DNA of 64,000 bases, taken from contig CAYYSG010000001.1 in NCBI GenBank assembly GCA_964474375.1, forward strand, positions 18,559 to 82,558, read 5' to 3'. Source of the stretch: an uncultured Candidatus Saccharibacteria bacterium (GTDB lineage: Bacteria; Patescibacteriota; Minisyncoccia; Phycocordibacterales; UBA9973). Every line of letters begins with the position of its first letter. The first letter of the stretch is position 1. The position numbers and the translations under genes are program-made. The notes under the pieces were generated by a model. It was not told the origin of the DNA. It saw nothing but the letters and a program-made list of their open reading frames with translations, and searched no databases. Below are positions 45,384 through 53,671 of the stretch, one piece after another.

Positions 45384-46466
45384 ATGTCAGCACAATATAC
45401 AAAAAAAGATTTAGAAAATTCCCAAATTGAAATCACTGGAGTTCTTCCTTATGAAGATTTTATAACTCATGAAATAGCTGCTTTGGAAAGAATCGCAAAA
45501 ACTTTGAAAATAGACGGTTTCCGCGAAGGCTCTGTGCCTCCTCATATTGCGAAACAACACATTCAAGATTTAGCATTACTTGAAGCTATGGCTGAAGAAG
45601 CAATGATGAAAGCCTATGGTGACATTCTTACTACTTATGCTCCGGACGCAATTGGTCGCCCAGACATACGTATTACTAAAATAGCTCGGGACAATCCTTT
45701 GGAATTCAAAGTCACTGTTACTGTAATGCCTGAAGTCAAACTACCAGACTATAAAAAAATAGCTAAAGAAGAATGCAAAGATAAAAAAGAAGTTTCTCTT
45801 ACGGAAGAAGAAGTAGACAAATCAGTAGAAGAGCTTCGCAAATTACGTGCTCGAAGTTCTATGAGTCACACACATGACGATGGTACAGTCCACGAAGGTC
45901 CGGACCACGATGCCGAAGGGAAAGAAAAAGAACACGAGTTACCAGAATTACCTGAACTAAACGACGAATTTGCGCAAAGTTTTGGTGACCAGTTCAAAAC
46001 CATGGATGATTTGCGCAGTAAAGTTCGCGAAAACATGCTCATGGAAAAGAAAATCATTGAAGAGGATAAAATCCGTGTAAAAATAGCTGAAAGAATAACT
46101 GACGATACCAAAGTCAAACTACCGGACATGCTGATCGATGGTGAAGTTGAAAGAATGGCTTACCAAATGGAGTCAGACTTAGCTAACAGCGGACTAACTT
46201 TGGAAGACTATGCAAAGAACATCGGCAAAACTCTGGAAGATTTGAAAAAAGACTGGCGCCCAAATGCTGAAAAAAGAGTAATCATGCAGTTGGTTCTAGA
46301 CGAAATAGCTAAAAAGGAAGACCTAAAGCCTGAAAAGGAAAAAGTTGACCTAGAAGTTGCCCAGCTAAAAGCCCACTATAAAGATATTGACGAAAATCGC
46401 GCTCGTATATATGTAGAATCCCAGCTCAAGAACGAACAAGTCTTTAAATGGCTAATAGAGCAATAA
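45384..46466 (+). CDS. tig: Trigger factor lacking the PPIase domain
   Basis: N-terminal ribosome-binding signature DGFREGSVPPHI (GFRxGxxP) and C-domain start ELPELNDEFAQSFG, separated by only a ~60-aa acidic/His-rich linker. Followed by clpP. Confidence 0.7.
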   Translation: MSAQYTKKDLENSQIEITGVLPYEDFITHEIAALERIAKTLKIDGFREGSVPPHIAKQHIQDLALLEAMAEEAMMKAYGDILTTYAPDAIGRPDIRITKIARDNPLEFKVTVTVMPEVKLPDYKKIAKEECKDKKEVSLTEEEVDKSVEELRKLRARSSMSHTHDDGTVHEGPDHDAEGKEKEHELPELPELNDEFAQSFGDQFKTMDDLRSKVRENMLMEKKIIEEDKIRVKIAERITDDTKVKLPDMLIDGEVERMAYQMESDLANSGLTLEDYAKNIGKTLEDLKKDWRPNAEKRVIMQLVLDEIAKKEDLKPEKEKVDLEVAQLKAHYKDIDENRARIYVESQLKNEQVFKWLIEQ

Positions 46467-46485
46467 AACTAAAATGACAAAACAA

Positions 46486-46520
46486 AATTCCCCAGTGTAT
46501 AGCTGGGGAATTTTGTTTTG
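46486..46520 (+). terminator. Rho-independent terminator after tig
   Basis: aattccccag-tgtatag-ctggggaatt hairpin plus ttttgtttt. Confidence 0.7.
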
Positions 46521-46560
46521 TGCTATACTAGTTTAGTTAACCAATAAAATATACATATAT

Positions 46561-47148
46561 ATGAGTTATTTAATCCCAACAGTTATAGAAAAGTCCCCTC
46601 AGGGCGAAAGAGCCTACGACATATATTCACGTCTTTTGAACGACAGAATCGTGTTTCTAGGGGGTGCTATTAATGACGAAGTAGCCAATGTGGTCATTGC
46701 TCAGCTACTGCACTTGGCACACCAAGACCCAAAAAAAGACATTTCTCTATATATTAACTCCCCTGGTGGCCACGTTTCAGCGGGGCTAGCTATTATGGAC
46801 ACTATGAACTTTATCAAGCCAGATGTGTCTACTATTTGTGTAGGCATGGCGGCATCTATGGGGGCAATGCTACTGTCAGCGGGAGCAAAAGGTAAAAGAT
46901 ACGCCCTGCCGAATAGTGAAGTTATGATACACCAAGTTCTGGGCGGCACCGAAGGTCAAGCTAGTGATATTGAAATAGCAGCCAAGCATATCATAGCTAC
47001 CAAGCACAATTTGATTAAAATACTCTCTAAAAATACCGGAAAATCAGCCTCTCAGGTGGAAAAAGACATGGACAGAGACAACTGGATGGGGTCCGATGAA
47101 GCCAAAAAATACGGTATCATCGACGAAGTCATAACTAAAAGTAAATAA
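46561..47148 (+). CDS. clpP: ATP-dependent Clp protease proteolytic subunit
   Basis: Catalytic Ser (GMAASMGA) and His (MIHQ) motifs. 195 aa. Confidence 0.95.
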   Translation: MSYLIPTVIEKSPQGERAYDIYSRLLNDRIVFLGGAINDEVANVVIAQLLHLAHQDPKKDISLYINSPGGHVSAGLAIMDTMNFIKPDVSTICVGMAASMGAMLLSAGAKGKRYALPNSEVMIHQVLGGTEGQASDIEIAAKHIIATKHNLIKILSKNTGKSASQVEKDMDRDNWMGSDEAKKYGIIDEVITKSK

Positions 47149-47168
47149 TATTCCTGTTTTTTGACAAA

Positions 47169-47194
47169 AAGCTCGCAAAATTGCGGGCTTTTTG
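47169..47194 (+). terminator. Terminator after clpP
   Basis: agctcgcaa..ttgcgggct imperfect hairpin plus ttttt. Confidence 0.5.
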
Positions 47195-47254
47195 TTACTA
47201 TGCGTATAGACAGTTTCGACAGATACATTATTTATTTAATTAAAAGAGTACAGT

Positions 47255-48784
47255 ATGGGAGTAATTACAGTCATCATACTTGTGTTTCTTGGTGTGGCTA
47301 TAGGCTTTGGTTTCGGGTATTTTATCCGCAGAGCCGTGTCATTAGGCAAAAAAGGATCAATCGAGCTTGAAATCAAGCAAATGATGATCGCCGCTAAAGA
47401 AGAAGCACAAAAGCTCATTGATGCCGGTAAGCGCGATGCTGAAAAGATTCGCGACGAAATCAAAAATGAGGATCGCAAAATGCGAGAAGGTTTAAAAGAA
47501 GAAGTGGACCGTTTGCACAAAAAAGAATCACTTCTAGACGAAAGAGCTCGTGATATGGATAACCAAACCATCGAGCTAACAAACAAAAGTGAAGAGATTC
47601 ACAAAATCAAAATGTCGCTCGAGGCACTAAAAGTAGAGCAAGATAAAAAAATAGAAGAAATTGCAAAACTAACAATAGACGAAGCTCGCGGGGAAATAAT
47701 AAAACGCGCCGAACTAACTAGTGAAGAAGATTTGATGGTTCGCCTACAAAAGCTTGATAAAGAAAATCAAGAAAAGCTAGCGACTCGTGCAAAAGAAATT
47801 CTGGCTACATCTATTCAAAGACTGGCATCTTCTACAGCTAGTGAAATGATGACAACTAACGTTGCAATACCGAATGATGATATCAAAGGTAAAGTTATCG
47901 GTAAAGAAGGTCGCAACATTCGTGCATTCGAACAAGCTGCCGGTGTTGAACTAATAGTAGACGATGCACCAGGCGTAATAGTTGTTTCATCGTTTGATCC
48001 AGTTCGTCGTCAAATCGCACGCATTGCACTTGAAAACCTTATTCTAGATGGGCGCATTCAGCCAGCTAAAATAGAAGAAGAAATAGAAAAAGCTAAAAAG
48101 GACATTAACAATATAATAAAACAAAAAGGTGAACAAGCTGTAATGGAACTAGGTATCCATAATCTTGATCCACGTATTATAGCTATAGTAGGTAGGCTTT
48201 ATTTCCGAACTAGTTATGGTCAAAATGTTTTGCAACACAGTATTGAAATGGGTCACGTTGCTGCAATGATAGCTAGTGAAATCGGCGCCGATGTGCAAAT
48301 AGCCAAAGCCGGTGCACTAGTGCACGATATCGGTAAAGCGCTCGACCACGAAGTCGAAGGTACACATATACAAATAGGTATGCGTATACTGGAAAAATTC
48401 GGCGCTGACAAACGTATCATTACTGCTATGAAGTCACACCATGATGACTGGCCTCATGAAACAGTAGAAGCAGTGATAGTTCAAACAGCTGATATTATTT
48501 CTGGGTCTCGCCCTGGTGCACGTCGCGACACAGCAGAAAATTATTTGAAACGTTTGCAAGATTTAGAAGCTACTGCAATGTCATTCGATGGTGTAGAAAA
48601 AGTTTGGGCATTGTCCGCTGGACGTGAAGTACGAGTATTCGTTTCACCTGCTAACGTTACTGATGTTGCAGCCCGCAGTATGGCACGCGACATAGCAAAA
48701 AAGATCGAAGCTGACCTAACCTACCCTGGTGAAATTCGCGTAGTCTTGATTCGAGAAAATAGAATAGTAGAATTTGCTCGGTAA
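47255..48784 (+). CDS. rny: Ribonuclease Y
   Basis: N-terminal TM, coiled-coil, KH motif GKVIGKEGRNIR, and HD domain (HSIEMGHVAAMIA...VHDIGK). Confidence 0.9.
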   Translation: MGVITVIILVFLGVAIGFGFGYFIRRAVSLGKKGSIELEIKQMMIAAKEEAQKLIDAGKRDAEKIRDEIKNEDRKMREGLKEEVDRLHKKESLLDERARDMDNQTIELTNKSEEIHKIKMSLEALKVEQDKKIEEIAKLTIDEARGEIIKRAELTSEEDLMVRLQKLDKENQEKLATRAKEILATSIQRLASSTASEMMTTNVAIPNDDIKGKVIGKEGRNIRAFEQAAGVELIVDDAPGVIVVSSFDPVRRQIARIALENLILDGRIQPAKIEEEIEKAKKDINNIIKQKGEQAVMELGIHNLDPRIIAIVGRLYFRTSYGQNVLQHSIEMGHVAAMIASEIGADVQIAKAGALVHDIGKALDHEVEGTHIQIGMRILEKFGADKRIITAMKSHHDDWPHETVEAVIVQTADIISGSRPGARRDTAENYLKRLQDLEATAMSFDGVEKVWALSAGREVRVFVSPANVTDVAARSMARDIAKKIEADLTYPGEIRVVLIRENRIVEFAR

Positions 48785-48824
48785 TAGAACTCAAAATACA
48801 ATTTTTACTGGTTACAAATCAAAA

Positions 48825-48860
48825 CACCCGCAAAGTTTACAAAACTTTGCGGGTGTTTTG
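48825..48860 (+). terminator. Rho-independent terminator after rny
   Basis: cacccgcaaagttt-aca-aaactttgcgggtg hairpin plus tttt. Confidence 0.7.
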
Positions 48861-48876
48861 TCAATACATAAATTCC

Positions 48877-48906
48877 TTGCATCCAGAAAAAGCCTTGCGG
48901 TATAAT
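48877..48906 (+). promoter_or_regulatory. Candidate sigma70-like promoter for hup (TTGCAT-18nt-TATAAT)
   Basis: ttgcat at 48877..48882 and tataat at 48901..48906. The 18-nt spacer is slightly long. Confidence 0.35.
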
Positions 48907-48975
48907 GGTACTTAAGAAGATCTTTCATCTTGTCGCACAGGGTCGTATTTTTAATAGTCAATTATATACATACAC

Positions 48976-49251
48976 ATGAACAAGCAAGCACTTGCTGATT
49001 ATGTGCATTCTAAAATTGGTGGTACCAAAGTTGCAGCTGAAGAGCTAGTCAACGGTATCATTGACGAGATTGTAGGCACTTTGAGAAAAGGTGACGAAGT
49101 CTCAATAGCTGGACTCGGTATTTTTTCAGTAAAAGACCGCCCAGCTCGTAATGCACGTAACCCAAAGACTGGGGAAACTGTAAAGGTTCCTAAGACTCGC
49201 GTTCCAAAGTTCCGAGCTGCAAAAGCTCTAAAAGACGCAGTCGCTAAATAG
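48976..49251 (+). CDS. hup: Nucleoid-associated protein HU
   Basis: 91 aa. GLGIFSVKDRPARNARNPKTGETVKV is the HU/IHF beta-arm signature. Confidence 0.9.
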   Translation: MNKQALADYVHSKIGGTKVAAEELVNGIIDEIVGTLRKGDEVSIAGLGIFSVKDRPARNARNPKTGETVKVPKTRVPKFRAAKALKDAVAK

Positions 49252-49376
49252 TCTTGTGTTTAATAAAGAAATTGGAACCTCTATCACCAATTTCTTCCTC
49301 AAAACCCCCTTTCTCTGCCCACCTGGCAGATAAAGGGGGTTTTGTTATATAATAAATTAAACACATCATTATTTTT

Positions 49377-49799
49377 ATGAAAAAACATCCAACGCTTGGT
49401 AGAAAAACCATACATCATTTGGTCCCCCAGGCACGAATAAGCGATTTTTATGAAACAAGGTTTCATTTACCTAAAAATAAGTTAAAACTATGGGAACTAA
49501 AGCACGCAGCATGGCACGTACTTTTTAAACTCAAGACTATTAGTGAGATAATTAATTACCTCGACAAGAATAAAAACCCTTATGGTTTCGGAGGTGAAGC
49601 CTGGAACCTGCTTTTTAAGTCTAAAACCGCCAAACAAGCTAAAAATTTACTGATTCGTGTTAGACGGGCAGTTCGCAAACATTATCTAGGTCTTGAGTTT
49701 GACTTACTTTTAAAGGAGAAAGTTAAAAGGTATCACAAAAAGTCTGGCAAGAAAAGAATTGATCTTTATTTGAACTATAAATTCAAAAAAACAGCTTAA
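49377..49799 (+). CDS. Hypothetical basic protein
   Basis: 140-aa ORF, Lys/Arg-rich, no recognisable motif, followed by a strong terminator. Confidence 0.4.
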   Translation: MKKHPTLGRKTIHHLVPQARISDFYETRFHLPKNKLKLWELKHAAWHVLFKLKTISEIINYLDKNKNPYGFGGEAWNLLFKSKTAKQAKNLLIRVRRAVRKHYLGLEFDLLLKEKVKRYHKKSGKKRIDLYLNYKFKKTA

Positions 49800-49802
49800 A
49801 TC

Positions 49803-49834
49803 TAAAAAAAGACCCTGCATTGCAGGGTCTTTGT
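49803..49834. terminator. Bidirectional terminator
   Basis: agaccctgca-t-tgcagggtct hairpin. An A run upstream gives a T run on the minus strand. Confidence 0.6.
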
Positions 49835-49854
49835 CGGTATAAATCTTTATTAGA

Positions 49855-50040
49855 CTATTCATCTAGCTCGTATTTGTCCTTGTTTCTGTCATAAATAGTT
49901 TTGGGTTTGTGGATTAACCTCCTTCTTCTGTCGCTGGTAAAATGTTTTCTGGAGGATGATTTTATTCCTTTGGCTTTGAGTTTGTTTCTTTTTCTTTCCA
50001 TTTTGTAGATTATTTTGATTCTAGAATAGCATAAATACAT
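49855..50040 (-). CDS. Small highly basic protein, ribosomal-protein-like composition but family unrecognised
   Basis: ...MERKRNKLKAKGIKSSSRKHFTSDRRRRLIHKPK; the likely start is an internal Met. Confidence 0.25.
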   Translation of the reverse strand: MYLCYSRIKIIYKMERKRNKLKAKGIKSSSRKHFTSDRRRRLIHKPKTIYDRNKDKYELDE

Positions 50041-50072
50041 AAAAAAATAACCCTCTCGGGCTATTTTTTATG

Positions 50073-50143
50073 TGCAGGATAGGAGAATCGAACTCCTGTG
50101 TACTGCTTGGAAGGCAGTCATTCTACCACTAAATTAATCCTGC
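50073..50143 (-). tRNA. tRNA-Gly (anticodon TCC)
   Basis: Reverse complement GCAGGATTAATTTAGTGGTAGAATGACTGCCTTCCAAGCAGTACACAGGAGTTCGATTCTCCTATCCTGCA. 7-bp acceptor stem. Anticodon loop CTTCCAA. T-loop GGAGTTCGATTCTCC. Confidence 0.85.
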
Positions 50144-50198
50144 ATTGTTGCCAGTCTAATTTATATAGCTTATTGCTGCTTTTGCGGCGAGACAATAA

Positions 50199-50217
50199 AC
50201 CACTAAATTAATCCTGC
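50199..50217 (-). repeat. 19-bp exact duplicate of the 5' end of tRNA-Gly(TCC) (acceptor stem plus D-arm), 55 bp beyond the intact gene
   Basis: accactaaattaatcctgc at 50125..50143 (within the tRNA) and again at 50199..50217. Flanking bases differ. Confidence 0.8.
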
Positions 50218-50283
50218 GTGATTGGAACGTATTCGTATATTACCCTAAATAAACAAAAAAATAAAGCCCCCTAACCTATTTAA

Positions 50284-50309
50284 ATAAAAAAGCCCCATTT
50301 CTAGGGCTT
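50284..50309 (-). terminator. Terminator downstream of 50328..50780
   Basis: agccc-catttcta-gggct hairpin. The minus strand is followed by a T-run. Confidence 0.5.
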
Positions 50310-50327
50310 TAGTAAAAAATATTGTAC

Positions 50328-50780
50328 TTATTGAGTTTTTTCCCTGGAACGAAGGATTCTTAAGAATTCTTCGTATCTACCATCCTGTTTACCAGGACGG
50401 TCGATTGCCCGACCTTCTGATTTAAAATATGGGTCAAGCAGGTACTCATGTTTTTGATTTAAAATACCAAATAATTTCCCTACCCATGTTCGACTTTGCC
50501 TGACACGGATCAAATAAAGACTTTTCATGGTTTCTTTATCCAAAGGCCTATTTACAGTTTTTATTAGGATATTTACTCCCTCACTGTGCCTGTGGCAGTC
50601 TATTATTTCTGCAAAATACTCCTTTTGGGTAGTCTTCGTGTCATATTCGCAAGAGGTTTCTTCTATTACAATGTTGTAAAAAAAATCCTCTTCTTGGTAG
50701 CTTCGTATCGTTAAGGAATCTTTTCTTAGGTCGTGCCTAATTAGTTCTTTTGCTTCTTTGATTTCTTGTTGTGTACTCAT
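50328..50780 (-). CDS. Hypothetical protein in tRNA island
   Basis: 150-aa ORF, no recognisable motifs. Confidence 0.4.
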   Translation of the reverse strand: MSTQQEIKEAKELIRHDLRKDSLTIRSYQEEDFFYNIVIEETSCEYDTKTTQKEYFAEIIDCHRHSEGVNILIKTVNRPLDKETMKSLYLIRVRQSRTWVGKLFGILNQKHEYLLDPYFKSEGRAIDRPGKQDGRYEEFLRILRSREKTQ

Positions 50781-50847
50781 GTTGATAATTTTTTAAAGGT
50801 TAAACCCAGGTTTCCCTGGGTTTTGAAAATGTTTAGTGGTTGTTGAT

Positions 50848-51408
50848 TTAGCTACTCGCCATCTCGCGAGGATCGTTTTTAGGGTTTAATGCCCCAGTTT
50901 CGTTTTCATGTGCGGGTAGTCCAAGGATTTCTACGATTTCATCTTTTGTAGCATAGAGCTTTAGCTTTTCTGCGATTTCGTCGTTAGAAAGATTTACTTC
51001 TTGTCCAGTCACTTTTCGCCATAGCTTTATTCGGAAGTCTGGGTCACCATTCTTTCGGCTTGTTGCTTTGGCTAAGAAATTTGGGTCTACTACGTAGTCG
51101 CCTTTTTTCCTTTTGTTTTTTGCATTAAATCCATCTGTGCCCCAAAAGGGTATCAGTTTGAATTTTTCTGTAATTTCTGTCGACAAATCATTTTTTGCTT
51201 TCACAAAAATGTTTCTTTCTACTCCATTACTTTTACCGATTTGCATAATTATCGGTACTTCTTCGGGTATGGTACCCATGTTTACCTTTGTTTTGCCTGG
51301 TCCGATGACTTTATAGCTCTCGCTAACAAGCATTTCCTCGGCTTTGTTTGTTGTTGGATTTGGGAACATTATCCCCAATTCTGCTGATTTTTTTTGACTT
51401 TTTCTCAT
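50848..51408 (-). CDS. Hypothetical protein in tRNA island
   Basis: 186-aa ORF, no recognisable motifs. Confidence 0.4.
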   Translation of the reverse strand: MRKSQKKSAELGIMFPNPTTNKAEEMLVSESYKVIGPGKTKVNMGTIPEEVPIIMQIGKSNGVERNIFVKAKNDLSTEITEKFKLIPFWGTDGFNAKNKRKKGDYVVDPNFLAKATSRKNGDPDFRIKLWRKVTGQEVNLSNDEIAEKLKLYATKDEIVEILGLPAHENETGALNPKNDPREMASS

Positions 51409-51502
51409 ATATGTTTAAAACTTGTTTGTATATTAACCTATTTTTAGAATTTTGTCAAAAATGCAAAAAGTCACATAAAATGTGACTTTTTGCATAATAT
51501 TG

Positions 51503-51573
51503 TCGGGGTGCAGGGAATCGAACCCTGATCTCACGGTCCCAAACCGCGTATACTACCACTGTACTACACCCCG
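51503..51573 (-). tRNA. tRNA-Pro (anticodon TGG)
   Basis: Reverse complement CGGGGTGTAGTACAGTGGTAGTATACGCGGTTTGGGACCGTGAGATCAGGGTTCGATTCCCTGCACCCCGA. C1-G72 pair typical of tRNA-Pro. Anticodon loop TTTGGGA. Confidence 0.85.
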
Positions 51574-51688
51574 ATAGTTATAGCAGTTTAGCATACTTTC
51601 CTATTTTTTCAATGCCTATTTGTTTTTGGATTTATTTATGGTATAAATAAGATTAATTTCAACACAATTTCAATATAATATTCAGCTT

Positions 51689-52138
51689 ATGGTAAACAAT
51701 TTCAACTATCAGACCAATGTTTCCTTTATTCTTTTAGAGGACAAAAAACCAAAAAACAAAGAGCTATTTGCTATTTGTGAAGTCAAAGACATTGCTAATT
51801 ATGGCAATTCTTTCAATTATGCACCGGTATTCTGGTTCCCTAATTGCAAGATTACTGAAAAAGAAGCTAAAATCTTGAGACTAGAGAAGTACGTCAATGA
51901 GTCCAGAAAACATCCCGACGGTTATATAATTTCGGGATCTAAGTCAACTCGTCAGAGTTTTGCAAGAGCGGTAGTTTTTGCGATTAGATGGTTTGAAAAA
52001 ATTCATCGAGAAAAAAAACCGGTAATTGCTAGTCAGCCTAAACAAAACCAACGTTTCCCTGGCCCAGCGTCTCAGGCTTTTGTTTCAGGAAAAGCCCAGT
52101 TTTCAAGAAAAAGAACTTCTTCGTCTAAAAAGAAGTAA
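51689..52138 (+). CDS. Hypothetical protein
   Basis: 149-aa ORF with a basic Ser/Lys-rich C-terminus, followed by a terminator. Confidence 0.4.
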   Translation: MVNNFNYQTNVSFILLEDKKPKNKELFAICEVKDIANYGNSFNYAPVFWFPNCKITEKEAKILRLEKYVNESRKHPDGYIISGSKSTRQSFARAVVFAIRWFEKIHREKKPVIASQPKQNQRFPGPASQAFVSGKAQFSRKRTSSSKKK

Positions 52139-52155
52139 ACTTTAAATCATTTTTA

Positions 52156-52183
52156 AAAACGCCATGTTTGTGGCGTTTTTTTA
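52156..52183 (+). terminator. Rho-independent terminator
   Basis: acgcca-tgtttg-tggcgt hairpin plus ttttttt. Confidence 0.65.
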
Positions 52184-52714
52184 TTAGACACATCTTTTCT
52201 GCTCTAACAGACATATTTTCTATTAGACATTTATAAAAGACATTAGTAAATGTCTGATATAAGCTATTGCGTCTTTTATTAAATTAATGTCCTATATACC
52301 CTAAAAATACCCTTATTTTTTAACAAAACTGTGCATAAAGTTGGGGATTAAGGGTATAACTGCCCTATTTTAATGTCTTTTATAATGGACAAAGTATGTT
52401 TTTTATGTCTTTTATAACGGACATTGATGTCTATTAGTTCTATAAAAAGCTTATAAAATAAGGCTTTTATAACGGACATTATCTTTTTGTATAACAAAAC
52501 AATATTTTAATAATGGAAATGGGTCTTTTTTTGTGTCAAATGTGTTTCACGTGAAACATATTTATCTGTTACACACCTGCCTTGCCGGTAGGCAGGTGAA
52601 ACTTTAGCTAAAATGGCATAAAACCAGTTATTTGTTTCATGTGGAACATTGATATACGGCAAGTATGGTCTATTTATAAGCTGTGTATTGTGCCACGTGT
52701 AACACCAGTATATA

Positions 52715-53125
52715 ATGGTTTGGATGCCAAAGGTATTTACTTCAAATACTCAAAAAATAGGTAAACTAGGTGAAGAATTAGCCAAAAGGTTTCTCATGAA
52801 ACACGGTTATTCTGTCTTAGAGGAAAATTATACTAAAAAGTATGGTGAAATAGACCTAATAGCTAAAAAGGATGGAATAACACATTTCATAGAGGTTAAA
52901 AGCATCGTTTCACATGAAACTAGTAATGCTGTGCCACGTGAAACATCTAACTATGATCCTTTGTCGAATGTGCACCCAGGTAAATTACGAAGATTATCCA
53001 GGGTTATACAGGTGTATCTAGTTACACATGAAACACTCAATTGGCAATTTGATGTAATTACTGTAAAAATTGATGAAAAGAATAGGGTAGGTCGAGTTAC
53101 TCATATAAAAGATATTGTTATATAG
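52715..53125 (+). CDS. yraN: YraN/UPF0102 family endonuclease-like protein
   Basis: GEELAKRFLMKHGYSVLEENY..GEIDLIAKKDGITHFIEVK...QFDVITV, the conserved UPF0102 core. Contains peptide repeats HETSN/RETSN/HETLN encoded by a repeated DNA motif. Confidence 0.7.
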   Translation: MVWMPKVFTSNTQKIGKLGEELAKRFLMKHGYSVLEENYTKKYGEIDLIAKKDGITHFIEVKSIVSHETSNAVPRETSNYDPLSNVHPGKLRRLSRVIQVYLVTHETLNWQFDVITVKIDEKNRVGRVTHIKDIVI

Positions 53126-53181
53126 TTGTTACGCATGAAACAGAAAATCCCCGTAATAGGGGATTTTCTTAATGGTTTTTG

Positions 53182-53252
53182 TGCGGGTAAGGAGAATCGA
53201 ACTCCTGTCTCATCCTTGGCAAGGACGTGTCCTACCACTAAACGATACCCGC
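53182..53252 (-). tRNA. tRNA-Gly (anticodon GCC)
   Basis: Reverse complement GCGGGTATCGTTTAGTGGTAGGACACGTCCTTGCCAAGGATGAGACAGGAGTTCGATTCTCCTTACCCGCA. Anticodon loop TTGCCAA. Confidence 0.85.
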
Positions 53253-53341
53253 ATGGTTACACAAGAAAATAATAGCATAAATATTTAAAAAAACAAATAT
53301 AACTGTATTTTTTAACTATTATTTGCTATAGTCTAGTCTGA

Positions 53342-53413
53342 GCATCCGTCGTTCAACGGATAGGACATCGGTCTTCGGAACCGAGAATGTGGGTTCGATT
53401 CCTGCCGGATGCA
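53342..53413 (+). tRNA. tRNA-Arg (anticodon TCG)
   Basis: GCATCCGTCGTTCAACGGATAGGACATCGGTCTTCGGAACCGAGAATGTGGGTTCGATTCCTGCCGGATGCA. GCATCCG acceptor as in bacterial tRNA-Arg. Anticodon loop CTTCGGA. Confidence 0.8.
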
Positions 53414-53437
53414 CAATTATAAATTCATTATACAAAT

Positions 53438-53671
53438 ATGAAAAGACTATATAGAAGCGATAAAAATAAAGTAATTGCTGGAGTAATGGGTGGAATAGGT
53501 GAATATGCAAATGTTGACCCTGTAGTTATTCGTGCATTTTATTTGGCTATTACTATCTTTAGTGCAGTTTTCCCTGGGATAATTGTTTATTTATTGCTTA
53601 TACTAGTAATACCTAAACATCCTAATTTCAAGGAAGCTCATGCTGAAGAAGTAAATAATGCAAATCAATAA
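53438..53671 (+). CDS. PspC-domain membrane protein
   Basis: KRLYRSDKNKVIAGVMGGIGEYANVDPVVIRAFY is the PspC family signature, followed by a TM helix. Confidence 0.8.
   Translation: MKRLYRSDKNKVIAGVMGGIGEYANVDPVVIRAFYLAITIFSAVFPGIIVYLLLILVIPKHPNFKEAHAEEVNNANQ

Noticed and set aside
49855-50040. Possible ribosomal protein (S21/L32-like) call for the small basic ORF
   Set aside because: No convincing match to any ribosomal protein consensus I can recall. Kept only as a low-confidence small basic protein.
52139-52714. CRISPR array or tmRNA/RNase P RNA in the long spacer
   Set aside because: Repeats are irregular in length and spacing, so not CRISPR. The conserved rnpB (GGAAAGTCCGGGCTCC-like) and tmRNA tag/T-arm signatures are absent.
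53319-53510. 63-aa minus-strand ORF
   Set aside because: Overlaps tRNA-Arg(TCG) and the pspC start; spurious.
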